Source: Malacoraja senta (lineage: Eukaryota). From it: 46,944 nucleotides of DNA. Position numbers and translations under genes: made by a program. Where the stretch lies: assembly GCA_038087875.1 (NCBI GenBank), contig JAXLNO010000672.1, positions 62,001-108,944 on the forward strand, in the 5' to 3' direction. The notes under the pieces were generated by a model. That model saw only the letters and a program-made list of their open reading frames with translations, had not been told where the DNA came from and did not search any database. Shown piece by piece: positions 1 through 12,176 of the stretch. The stretch's first letter is position 1, and each line of letters begins with the position of its first letter.

Positions 1-3000
1 CGAATTGAAAAGTAGGGTTGAGAATGCTAAAGTTGCCTTGCCTATTTGAAAAGTTGTTTTGAGAATGCTAAAGTTGCCTTGCCTAAGTGAAAAGTTGGTT
101 TGAGAATGCTAAAGTTGCCTTGCCTAATTGAAAAGTTGATTTGAGAATGCCTTGCCTAATTGAAAAGTTGGTTTGAGAATGCCAAAGTTGCCTTGCCTAA
201 TTAAAAAGTTGGTTTGATAATGTCAAAGTTGCCTTGCCTAATTGAAAAGTTGGTTTGAGAATGCCAAAGTTGCCTTGCCTAATTGAAAATTTGGTTTGAG
301 AATGCATTGCCTAATTGAAAAGTTGGTTTGAGAATGCTAAAGTTGCCTTGCCTAATTGAAAAGTTGGTTTGAGAATGCTAATGTTGCCTTGCCTAATTGA
401 AAAGGTGATTAGAGAATGCCTTGCATAATTGAAAAGTTGGTTTGAGAATGCCAAAGTTGCCTTGCCTAATTGAAAAGTTGGTTTGAGAATGCCAGATGCC
501 TTGCGTAATTGAAAAGTTGGTTTGAGAATGCCAAAGTTGCCTTGCCTAATTGAAAAGTTGGTTTGAGAATGCCAAATTTGCCTTGCCTAATTGAAAAGTT
601 GGTTTGAGAATGCCAAAGTTGCAGTGCCTAATTGAAAAGTTGGTTTGAGAAGGCCAAAGTTGCCTTGCCTAATTGAAAAGTTCATTTGAGAATACCAAAG
701 TTGCCTTGCCTAATTGAAAAGTTTGTTTGAGAATGCCAAAGTTGCTTTGCCTAATTGAAAAGTTGGTTTGAGAATGCCAAAGTTGCCTTGCCTAATTGAA
801 AAGTTGGTTTGAGAATGCTAAAGTTGCCTTGCCTAACTCAAAAGTTGGTTTGCGAATGCTTTGCCTATTTCAAAGGTTGATTTGAGAATGCCTTGCCTAA
901 TTGAAAAGTTGGGTTGAGAATGCTAAAGTTGCCTTGCCTAGTTGAAAAGTTGGTTTGAGAATGCTAATGTTGCCTTGCCTAATTGAAAAGTTGATTTGCG
1001 AAGGACTTGCCTAATTGAAAAGTTGGTTTGAGAATGCCAAAGTTGCCTTGCCTAATTGAAAAGTTCATTTGAGAATGCCAAAGTTGCCTTGCCTAATTGA
1101 AAAGTTGGTTTGAGAATGCCAAAGTTGCCTTGCCTAATTGAACAGTTGGTTTGAGAATGCCAAAGATGCCTTGCGTAATTGATAAGTTGGTTTGAGAATG
1201 CCAAAGTTGCCTTGCCTAATTGAAAAGTGCGTTTGAGAATGCTTTGCCTATTTGAAAAGTTGATTTGAGGATGCCCTGCCGAATTGAAAAGTTGGGTTGA
1301 GAATGTTAAAGTTGCCTTGCCTAATTGAAAAGTTGATTTGAGAATGCCTTGCCTAATTGAAAAGTTGGTTTGAGAATGCCAAAGTTGCCTTGCCTAATTG
1401 AAAAGTTGGTTTGAGAATGCCAAAGTTGCCTTGCCTAATTGAAAAGATGGTTTGAGAATGCCAAAGTTGCCTTGCCTAATTAAAAAGTTAATTTGAGAAT
1501 GCCAAAGTTGCCGTGCCTAATTGAAAGGTTGGTTTGAGAATGCCAAAGCTGCGTTGCCTAATTGAAAAGTTGGTTTGAGAATGCTAAAGTTGCCTTGCCT
1601 AATTCAAAAGTTGGTTTGTGAATGCTTTGCCTATTTGAAAGGTTGATTTGAGAATGCCTTGCCTAATTGAAAAGTTGGGTTGAGAATGCTAAAGTTGCCT
1701 TGCCTAATTGAAAAGTTGGTTTGAGAATGCTAAAGTTGCCTTGCCTAATTGAAAAGTTGGTTTGAGAATGCCAAAGTTGCCATGCCTAATTGAAAGGTTG
1801 GTTTGAGAATGCCAAAGTTGCCTTGCCTAATTGAAAAGTTGGTTTGAGAATGCTTTGCCTATTTGAAAAGTTTATTTGAGAATGCCTTGCCGAATTGAAA
1901 AGTTGGGTTGAGAATGCTAAAGTTGCCTTGCCTATTTGAAAAGTTGTTTTGAGAATGCTAAAGTTGCCTTGCCTAAGTGAAAATTTGATTTGAGAATGCT
2001 AAAGTTGCCTTGCCTAATTGAAAAGTTAATTTGAGAATGCCTTGCCTAATTGAAAATTTGGTTTGAGAATGCCAAAGTTGCCTTGCCTAATTGAAAAGTT
2101 GGTTTGCGAATGCCTTGCCTATTTGAAAAGTTGACTTGAGAATGCCTAGCCGAATTGAAAAGTTGGGTTGAGAATGCTAAAGCTGCCTTGCCTATTTGAA
2201 AAGTTGGTTTGAGAATGCTAAAGTTGCCTTGCCTTATTGGAAAGTTGATTTGAGAATGCCTTGCCTAATTGAAAAGTTGGTTTGAGAATGCTAATGTTGC
2301 CTTGCCTAATTGAAAAGTTAGTTCGATAATGCCAAAGTTGCCTTGCCTAATTGAAAAGTTGGTTTGAGAATGCCAAAGTTGCCTTGCCTAATTGAAAAGT
2401 TGGTTTGAGAATGCCAAAGTTGCTTTGCCGAATTGAAAAGTTGGTTTGAGAATGACAAAGTTGCCTTGCCTAATTGAAAAGTTGGTTTGAGAATGCCAAA
2501 GTTGCCTTGCCTAATTGAAAAATTGGCTTGAGAATGCCATAGTTGCCTTGCCTAATTGAAAAGTTGGTTTGTGAATGCCAAAGTTGCCTTGCCTAATTGA
2601 AAAGTTGGTTTGAGAATGCCAAAGATGCCTTGCCTAATTGATAAGTTGGTTTGAGAATGCCAAAGTTGCCTTGCCTAATTGAAACGTGCGTTTGAGAATG
2701 ATTTGCCTATTTGAAAAGTTGATTTGTGAATGCCTTGCCGAATTGAAAAGTTGGGTTGAGAATGCTAAAGTTGCCTTGCCTATTTGAAAAGTTGGTTTGA
2801 GAATGCTAAAGTTGCCTTGCCTAAGTGAAAAGTTGGTTTGAGAATGCTAAAGTTACCTTGCCTAATTGAAAAGTTGCTTTGAGAATGCCAAAGTTGCCTT
2901 GCCTACTTGAAAAGTTGGTTTGAGAATGCTAAAGTTGCCTTGCCTAATTCAAAAGTTGGTTTGTGAATGCTTTGCCTATTTGAAAGGTTGATTTGAGAAT

Positions 3001-6000
3001 GCCTTGCCTAATTGAAAAGTTGGGTTGAGAATGCTAAAGTTGCCTAATTGAAAAGTTGGTTTGAGAATGCTAAAGTTGCCTTGCCTAATTGAAAAGTTGG
3101 TTTGAGAATGCTAATGTTGCCTTGCCTAATTGAAAAGTTGATTTGAGAATGCCTTGCCTAATTGAAAAGTTGGTTTGAGAATGCTAATGTTGCCTTGCCT
3201 AATTGAAAAGTTGGTTTGAGAATGCCAGATGCCTTGCGTAATTGAAAAGTTGGTTTGAGAATGCCAAAGTTGCCTTGCCTAATTGAAAAGTTGGTTTGAG
3301 AATGCCAAATTTGCCTTGCCTAATTGAAAAGTTGGTTTGAGAATGCCAAAGTTGCAGTGCCTAATTGAAAAGTTGGTTTGAGAAGGCCAAAGTTGCCTTG
3401 CCTAATTGAAAAGTTCATTTGAGAATACCAAAGTTGCCTTGCCTAATTGAAAAGTTTGTTTGAGAATGCCAAAGTTGCTTTGCCTAATTGAAAAGTTGGT
3501 TTGAGAATGCCAAAGTTGCCTTGCCTAATTGAAAAGTTGGTTTGAGAATGCTAAAGTTGCCTTGCCTAACTCAAAAGTTGGTTTGCGAATGCTTTGCCTA
3601 TTTCAAAGGTTGATTTGAGAATGCCTTGCCTAATTGAAAAGTTGGGTTGAGAATGCTAAAGTTGCCTTGCCTAGTTGAAAAGTTGGTTTGAGAATGCTAA
3701 TGTTGCCTTGCCTAATTGAAAAGTTGATTTGCGAAGGACTTGCCTAATTGAAAAGTTGGTTTGAGAATGCCAAAGTTGCCTTGCCTAATTGAAAAGTTCA
3801 TTTGAGAATGCCAAAGTTGCCTTGCCTAATTGAAAAGTTGGTTTGAGAATGCCAAAGTTGCCTTGCCTAATTGAACAGTTGGTTTGAGAATGCCAAAGAT
3901 GCCTTGCGTAATTGATAAGTTGGTTTGAGAATGCCAAAGTTGCCTTGCCTAATTGAAAAGTGCGTTTGAGAATGCTTTGCCTATTTGAAAAGTTGATTTG
4001 AGGATGCCCTGCCGAATTGAAAAGTTGGGTTGAGAATGTTAAAGTTGCCTTGCCTAATTGAAAAGTTGATTTGAGAATGCCTTGCCTAATTGAAAAGTTG
4101 GTTTGAGAATGCCAAAGTTGCCTTGCCTAATTGAAAAGTTGGTTTGAGAATGCCAAAGTTGCCTTGCCTAATTGAAAAGATGGTTTGAGAATGCCAAAGT
4201 TGCCTTGCCTAATTAAAAAGTTAATTTGAGAATGCCAAAGTTGCCGTGCCTAATTGAAAGGTTGGTTTGAGAATGCCAAAGTTGCGTTGCCTAATTGAAA
4301 AGTTGGTTTGAGAATGCTAAAGTTGCCTTGCCTAATTCAAAAGTTGGTTTGTGAATGCTTTGCCTATTTGAAAGGTTGATTTGAGAATGCCTTGCCTAAT
4401 TGAAAAGTTGGGTTGAGAATGCTAAAGTTGCCTTGCCTAATTGAAAAGTTGGTTTGAGAATGCTAAAGTTGCCTTGCCTAATTGAAAAGTTGGTTTGAGA
4501 ATGCCAAAGTTGCCATGCCTAATTGAAAGGTTGGTTTGAGAATGCCAAAGTTGCCTTGCCTAATTGAAAAGTTGGTTTGAGAATGCTTTGCCTATTTGAA
4601 AAGTTTATTTGAGAATGCCTTGCCGAATTGAAAAGTTGGGTTGAGAATGCTAAAGTTGCCTTGCCTATTTGAAAAGTTGTTTTGAGAATGCTAAAGTTGC
4701 CTTGCCTAAGTGAAAATTTGATTTGAGAATGCTAAAGTTGCCTTGCCTAATTGAAAAGTTAATTTGAGAATGCCTTGCCTAATTGAAAATTTGGTTTGAG
4801 AATGCCAAAGTTGCCTTGCCTAATTGAAAAGTTGGTTTGCGAATGCCTTGCCTATTTGAAAAGTTGACTTGAGAATGCCTAGCCGAATTGAAAAGTTGGG
4901 TTGAGAATGCTAAAGCTGCCTTGCCTATTTGAAAAGTTGGTTTGAGAATGCTAAAGTTGCCTTGCCTTATTGGAAAGTTGATTTGAGAATGCCTTGCCTA
5001 ATTGAAAAGTTGGTTTGAGAATGCTAATGTTGCCTTGCCTAATTGAAAAGTTAGTTCGATAATGCCAAAGTTGCCTTGCCTAATTGAAAAGTTGGTTTGA
5101 GAATGCCAAAGTTGCCTTGCCTAATTGAAAAGTTGGTTTGAGAATGCCAAAGTTGCTTTGCCGAATTGAAAAGTTGGTTTGAGAATGACAAAGTTGCCTT
5201 GCCTAATTGAAAAGTTGGTTTGAGAATGCCAAAGTTGCCTTGCCTAATTGAAAAATTGGCTTGAGAATGCCATAGTTGCCTTGCCTAATTGAAAAGTTGG
5301 TTTGTGAATGCCAAAGTTGCCTTGCCTAATTGAAAAGTTGGTTTGAGAATGCCAAAGATGCCTTGCCTAATTGATAAGTTGGTTTGAGAATGCCAAAGTT
5401 GCCTTGCCTAATTGAAACGTGCGTTTGAGAATGATTTGCCTATTTGAAAAGTTGATTTGTGAATGCCTTGCCGAATTGAAAAGTTGGGTTGAGAATGCTA
5501 AAGTTGCCTTGCCTATTTGAAAAGTTGGTTTGAGAATGCTAAAGTTGCCTTGCCTAAGTGAAAAGTTGGTTTGAGAATGCTAAAGTTACCTTGCCTAATT
5601 GAAAAGTTGCTTTGAGAATGCCAAAGTTGCCTTGCCTACTTGAAAAGTTGGTTTGAGAATGCTAAAGTTGCCTTGCCTAATTCAAAAGTTGGTTTGTGAA
5701 TGCTTTGCCTATTTGAAAGGTTGATTTGAGAATGCCTTGCCTAATTGAAAAGTTGGGTTGAGAATGCTAAAGTTGCCTAATTGAAAAGTTGGTTTGAGAA
5801 TGCTAAAGTTGCCTTGCCTAATTGAAAAGTTGGTTTGAGAATGCTAATGTTGCCTTGCCTAATTGAAAAGTTGATTTGAGAATGCCTTGCCTAATTGAAA
5901 AGTTGGTTTGAGAATGCTAATGTTGCCTTGCCTAATTGAAAAGTTGGTTTGAGAATGCCAGATGCCTTGCCTAATTGATAAGTTGGTTTGAGAATGCTAA

Positions 6001-9000
6001 TGTTGCCTTGCCTAATTGAAAAGTTAGTTCGATAATGCCAAAGTTGCCTTGCCTAATTGAAAAGTTGGTTTGAGAATGCCAAAGTTGACTTGCCTAATTG
6101 AAAAGTTGGTTTGAGAATGCCAGATGCCTTGTGTAATTGATAAGTTGGTTTGAGAATGCCAAAGTTGCCTTGCCTAATTGAAAAGTGCATTTGAGAATGC
6201 TTTGCCTATTTGAAAAGTTGATTTGAGAATGTCTTGCCGAATTGAAAACTTGGGTTGAGAATGCTAAAGTTGGCTTGCCTAATTGAAAAGTTGGTTTGAG
6301 AATGCCAAAGTTGCCTTGCCTAATTGAAAAGTTGGTTTGAGAATGCCAAAGTTGCCTTGCCTAATTGAAAAGTTGGTTTCAGAATGCCAATGTTGCCTTG
6401 CTTAATTGAAAATTTTGTTTGAGAATGCCAAAGTTGCCTTGCCTAATTGAAAAGTTGGAGAATGCAAAAGTTGCTTTGCCTAATTGAAAAGTTGGTTTGA
6501 GAATGCCAAAGTTGCCTTGCCTAATTGAAAAGTTAGTTTGATAATGCCAAAGTTGCCTTGCCTAATTGAAAAGTTGGTTTGAGAATGCCAAAGTTGCCTT
6601 GCCTAATTGAAAAGTTGGTTTGAGAATGCCAAAGTTGCCTTGCCTCATTGAAAAGTTGGTTTGAGAATGCCAAAGTTGCCTTGCCTAATTGAAAAGTTGG
6701 TTTGAGAATGCCAAAGTTGCCTTGCCTAATTAAAAAGTTGGTTTGAGAATGCGTTGCCTGATTGAAAAGTTGGTTTGAGAATGCCAAAGTTGCCTTGCCT
6801 AATTGAAAAGTTGGTTTGATAATGTCAAAGTTGCCTTGCCTAATTGAAAAGTTGGTTTGAGAATGCCAAAGTTGCCTTGCCTAATTGAAAAGTTAGTTTG
6901 ATAATGCCAAAGTTGCCTTGCCTAATTGAAAAGTTGGAAAATGCCAAAGTTGCTTTGCCTAAATGAAAAGTTGGTTTGAGAATGCCAAAGTTGCCGTGCG
7001 TAATTGAAAAGTTGGTTTGAGAATGCCAAGGTTGCCTTGCCTAATTGAAAAGTTTGTTTGAGAATGCCAAAGTTGCTTTGCCTAATTGAAAAGTTGGTTT
7101 GAGAATGCCAAAGTTGCCTTGCCTAATTGAAAAGTTGGTTTGAGAATGCCAAAGTTGCCTTGCCTAATTGAAAAGTGCGTTTGAGAATGCTTTGCCTATT
7201 TGAAAAGTTGATTTGAGAATGCCTTGCCGAATTGAAAAGTAGGGTTGAGAATGCTAAAGTTGCCTTGCCTATTTGAAAAGTTGTTTTGAGAATGCTAAAG
7301 TTGCCTTGCCTAAGTGAAAAGTTGGTTTGAGAATGCTAAAGTTGCCTTGCCTAATTGAAAAGTTGATTTGAGAATGCCTTGCCTAATTGAAAAGTTGGTT
7401 TGAGAATGCCAAAGTTGCCTTGCCTAATTAAAAAGTTGGTTTGATAATGTCAAAGTTGCCTTGCCTAATTGAAAAGTTGGTTTGAGAATGCCAAAGTTGC
7501 CTTGCCTAATTGAAAATTTGGTTTGAGAATGCCTTGCCTAATTGAAAAGTTGGTTTGAGAATGCCAAAGTTGCCTTGCCTAATTGAAAAGTTGGTTTGAG
7601 AATGCTAAAGTTGCCTTGCCTAAATCAATAGTTGGTTTGAGAATGCTAAAGTTGCCTTGCCTATTTGAAAAGTTGTTTTGAGAATGCTAAAGTTGCCTTG
7701 CCTAAGTGAAAATTTGATTTGAGAATGCTAAAGTTGCCTTGCCTAATTGAAAAGTTAATTTGAGAATGCCTTGCCTAATTGAAAATTTGACTTGAGAATG
7801 CCTTGCCGAATTGAAAAGTTGGGTTGAGAATGCTAAAGCTGCCTTGCCTATTTGAAAAGTTGGTTTGAGAATGCTAAAGTTGCCTTGCCTTATTGAAAAG
7901 TTGATTTGAGAATGCCTTGCCTAATTGAAAAGTTGGTTTGAGAATGCTAATGTTGCCTTGCCTAATTGAAAAGTTAGTTCGATAATGCCAAAGTTGCCTT
8001 GCCTAATTGAAAAGTTGGTTTGAGAATGCCAAAGTTGCCTTGCCTAATTGAAAAGTTGGTTTGAGAATGCCAAAGTTGCTTTGCCGAATTGAAAAGTTGG
8101 TTTGAGAATGACAAAGTTGCCTTGCCTAATTGAAAAGTTGGTTTGAGAATGCCAAAGTTGCCTTGCCTAATTGACAAGTTGGCTTGAGAATGCCAAAGTT
8201 GCCTTGCCTTATTGAAAAGTTGGTTTGTGAATGCCAAAGTTGCCTTGCCTAATTGAAAAGTTGGTTTGAGAATGCCAAAGATGCCTTGCCTAATTGATAA
8301 GTTGGTTTGAGAATGCCAAAGTTGCCTTGCCTAATTGAAACGTGCGTTTGAGAATGATTTGCCTATTTGAAAAGTTGATTTGTGAATGCCTTGCCGAATT
8401 GAAAAGTTGGGTTGAGAATGCTAAAGTTGCCTTGCCTATTTGAAAAGTTGGTTTGAGAATGCTAAAGTTGCCTTGCCTAAGTGAAAGGTTGGTTTGAGAA
8501 TGCTAAAGTTACCTTGCCTAATTGAAAAGTTGCTTTGAGAATGCCAAAGTTGCCTTGCCTACTTGAAATGTTGGTTTGAGAATGCTAAAGTTGCCTTGCC
8601 TAATTCAAAAGTTGGTTTGTGAAGGCTTTGCCTATTTGAAAGGTTGATTTGAGAATGCCTTGCCTAATTGAAAAGTTGGGTTGAGAAAGCTAAAGTTGCC
8701 TTGCCTAATTGAAAAGTTGGTTTGAGAATGCTAAAGTTGCCTTGCCTAATTGAAAAGTTGGTTTGAGAATGCTAATGTTGCCTTGCCTAATTGAACAGTT
8801 GGTTTGAGAATGCCAAATTTGCCGTGCCTAATTGAAAGGTTGGTTTGAGAATGCCAAATTTGCCTTGCCTAATTGAAAAGTTGGTTTGAGAATGCTAAAG
8901 CTGCCTCGCTAATTCAAAAGTTGGTTTGTGAATGCTTTGCCTATTTGAAAAGTTGATTTGAGAATGCCTTGCCAAATTGAAAAGTTGGGTTGAGAATGCT

Positions 9001-9756
9001 AAAGTTGCCTTGCCTAATTGAAAAGTTGGTTTGGAATGCTAAAGTTGCCTTGCCTAATTGAAAAGTTGGTTTGAGAATGCTAATGTTGCCTTGCCTAATT
9101 GAAAAGTTGATTTGAGAATGCCTTGCCTAATTGAAAAGTTGGTTTGAGAATGCCAAAGTTGCCTTGCCTAATGGAAAAGTTCATTTGAGAATGCCAAAGT
9201 TGCCTTGCCTAATTGAAAAGTTTGTTTGAGAATGCCAAAGTTGCCTTGCCTAATTGAAAAGTTGGTTTGAGAATGCCAAAGTTGCCTTGCCTAATTAAAC
9301 AGTTGGTTTGAGAATGCCAAAGTTGCCTTGCCTAATTGAAAAGTTAGTTTGAGAATGCCAAAGTTGCCGTGCCTAATTGAAAGGTTGGTTTGAGAATGCC
9401 AAAGTTGCCTTGCCTAATTAAAAAGTTGGTTTGAGAATGCTAAAGTTGCTTTGCCAAATTCAAAAGTTGGTTTGAGAAAGCTTTGCCTAATTGAAAAGTT
9501 GGTTTGAGAATGCTAAAGTTGCCTTGCCTAATTGAAAAGTTGATTTTAGAATGCCTTGCCTAATTGAAAAGTTGGTTTGAGAATGCCAAAGTTGCCTTGC
9601 CTAATTGAAAAGTTCATTTGAGAATGCCAACGTTGCCTTGCCTAATTGAAAAGTTGGTTTGAGAATGCTAAAGTTGCCTTGCCTAATTGAACAGATGGTT
9701 TGAGAATGCCAACGTTGCCTTGCCTAATTGAAAAGGTGGTTTGAGAATGCCAAAGT
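1..9756. repeat. Tandem satellite array, 41-bp monomer with 32-bp deletion variants (roughly 240-250 monomers); runs off the left edge of the window
   Basis: Consensus GAAAAGTTGGTTTGAGAATGCCAAAGTTGCCTTGCCTAATT, period 41 (e.g. 511 to 552). The 32-bp variant lacks AAAGTTGCC (130 to 162). The array resumes at 21779-21884 after the L1. Confidence 0.98.
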
Positions 9757-9940
9757 CGACTTCCGGTAGCGCCATGGAACAATAAGGGCGCTGCATTGAG
9801 CTCCTCTCCCGTAAAAGTCGCTAAAAAGCCGTTTTAAAGTCGGGACCGATTTTTAAAAACTTATGGCGTCGCATGAGGGTGACGTCATCAGAAAACGACG
9901 CTAAAATCGGGAGTTTAACGGTAAAAACCGGGACTTTTAA

Positions 9941-11020
9941 ATGAGAAGAGAGAAAAGCTCACGAGCACCTAAGAAGATCACTATAAGTCTCCAGCTTGAG
10001 AAAGTTTTGGATACTCTGCAAACGACAGAAAAAGGCTCAGAAGAAGAGTCTTACAGCCAAGGAGCTGTGCTGGAAATGGCTGCAAAAGGAGAAAAGAATG
10101 AGGTAAAGCAAATGCTTTTAGATATAACTGCTACAATCAATACGACACTGGAAAAGATGCAGAGTATGGAGTCTAATATGGAGAGTAATAAGCAGAGTAT
10201 GGAGACTAATATGGAGATAATTTCTCAAAAAATTGATAGTGCTTGTGGTGAGTTAAAGGAGCTGAAGAAGCAATATAAGGAGTTTGATAAAAAATTTAAG
10301 TCAGAATGTGCTAGAATCGAAAATGACTATAATAAGAAATTTACTGATGTAAATGATAATATGGGAGATATTGATGAAAGAATGGAAGAGATGGAAAAAG
10401 ACATGAAAGAGATGATCACGGAAATAAAGAGTTTGAAAAAATCAAAGAAATCTGAAGAAGAAAAACTTGCAAGAATGACTGACAAATGTCTGTACTTGGA
10501 ATCGAGATCGAGAAGGCAGAATTTGAAAATTTTTGGTGTAAGAGAAGGGCGAGAGGGACATGGATCTCAAACACGTACTTTCGTTGCTGACTTACTCAAA
10601 GATGTTTTTAAACTGCCGGAAGAATCAAGAATAGATATCGTTCACCGAGTTGGACGGGTTTCAAGAGACACAAATGCTCCTCCAAGACAGATAATTGTGA
10701 AATTTCTCGACATCTCTTCAGTGGAATTTATATTGAATAAGATTATCCATGGGGAGAAGCTGACATACCGTGGGGATAATATTCGATTTTTCCGTGATTA
10801 TCCTCCGGAGGTCGTCCACAGAAGGAACTTGTTTACTCAGACAAGTAACATTTTGAGAGGAATACCCCATGTCAGATATGGGGTGGTCTACCCAGCAAAA
10901 ATGAAGATTACTCATAACGGCACTGAGCGCTCATTTACGGATCCCGAAAAAGCTTTTAAGTACGCAGAAGATATCGTAAAGAAAACATCAGGGGAAGAGG
11001 TCGACAAGCAAGAAGACTGA
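9941..11020 (+). CDS. L1 ORF1 protein (coiled coil + RRM + CTD, Transposase_22-like), intact
   Basis: 359-aa open frame with heptad coiled coil, then LESRSRRQNLKIFGVREG, IDIVHRV, PRQIIVKF, IRFFRDYPPEVVHRR and YPAKMKI, typical of vertebrate L1 ORF1. Confidence 0.92.
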   Translation: MRREKSSRAPKKITISLQLEKVLDTLQTTEKGSEEESYSQGAVLEMAAKGEKNEVKQMLLDITATINTTLEKMQSMESNMESNKQSMETNMEIISQKIDSACGELKELKKQYKEFDKKFKSECARIENDYNKKFTDVNDNMGDIDERMEEMEKDMKEMITEIKSLKKSKKSEEEKLARMTDKCLYLESRSRRQNLKIFGVREGREGHGSQTRTFVADLLKDVFKLPEESRIDIVHRVGRVSRDTNAPPRQIIVKFLDISSVEFILNKIIHGEKLTYRGDNIRFFRDYPPEVVHRRNLFTQTSNILRGIPHVRYGVVYPAKMKITHNGTERSFTDPEKAFKYAEDIVKKTSGEEVDKQED

Positions 11021-11965
11021 ACTTTTTAGCTTTTAAGATAGAGTTCTGAACTGGTTAAGATGGCGGATTTTTCCAGACAGTTACCAAGCTTATCTGTCTG
11101 GAATGTGTATTCGAGAGCATTGTCCATGTTTCACCTTGAATGAAAAGCTCAAAGATAAACAAAAGGACGTTGAAGATACAGAAGTAATGAGGAAATGTAT
11201 AATGGCCATGGAACGAGATAATACTAATTGAAATATTAAAACTGTTGATTTAAGAAAATATCTAGCCATTATATTCTAATTATAATTAACCAATTAATTT
11301 AACAAATTTAATAATACTAATTACTCGTGAATGTATGTAGTAAATATGAACAAATCACGAATAAACCATGAGACGGGGAAGGAGATTGGGAGTGTATAAA
11401 TTACGATTTTATATATTTAAAAAGGGAAATGAACTAATATTACTGATATATACTTATAAATGATATATGCTTATAAATAGTAACTAACCAAAATGTTTAT
11501 AACATTACTAACGTACTTTTCTTGTGTGGGAAGGAGTTAGGTGCAGCATAAATCTGGAAAAGATCCAGGAATGAGGTTTTGTTTAACCCCTTGGTACCTG
11601 CTTGTATGGTAGTTAAAGAATGGGTTATTACGTAAGAATCTTGGGTGGACATTTATGGTAAAGTTTAGACTAGATTAAGGTTAGATAAATTGGAAAGGCA
11701 TATATACTTATAGAATTGAGAATATGCTGTGTTTTATATTTGGTTTCTTATTTTTTATATCTTTTTCTGAATCTTTTCGGTTTTCACTGTTGCTAGTCTG
11801 ATAAATTTAAATAAGAACAAACAAGATATGAAACGGTCTGTAGCTTTTTATAAGGTTTCAATAAGGGATTGGAGCTCAATGTAAAACAACATCAATGGAA
11901 GTCCATAAATTTTTCGCCACCTTAGGTGGCTACCTGTCTTTGAGGTATCTTTTCTTAGATACCTT

Positions 11966-12176
11966 TGTAAAGACTTTCCAAACACGTGATGTCTTCACTA
12001 CTAGTTTATTGCAGACATTGTAATCATACACACACATAGTGCCCTAGCTGTTCGTGGTCCGTCACCGGAGCTAGAGAGAGAGCTGGGGGTGGGGAGGCTA
12101 CAATTATACTGAAGGTAATGGGGAGTGGTTAGTAGTGGTGAGGTCACTATGTTAAAGGAGCATGCACTGATCTACA
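11966..12176 (-). repeat. 3' LTR of the Gypsy element
   Basis: 211 bp; one mismatch seen versus 16401-16611; AATAAA on the minus strand. Confidence 0.96.

Noticed and set aside
6533..8237. Short ORFs in the satellite (6533-6787, 7974-8237)
   Set aside because: They are translations of the 41-bp repeat cycling through frames.
1..9756. CRISPR array, telomeric repeat or CENP-B-box satellite
   Set aside because: The units are head-to-tail with no unique spacers and no cas genes; no TTAGGG runs or CENP-B box were seen; the context is vertebrate transposons.
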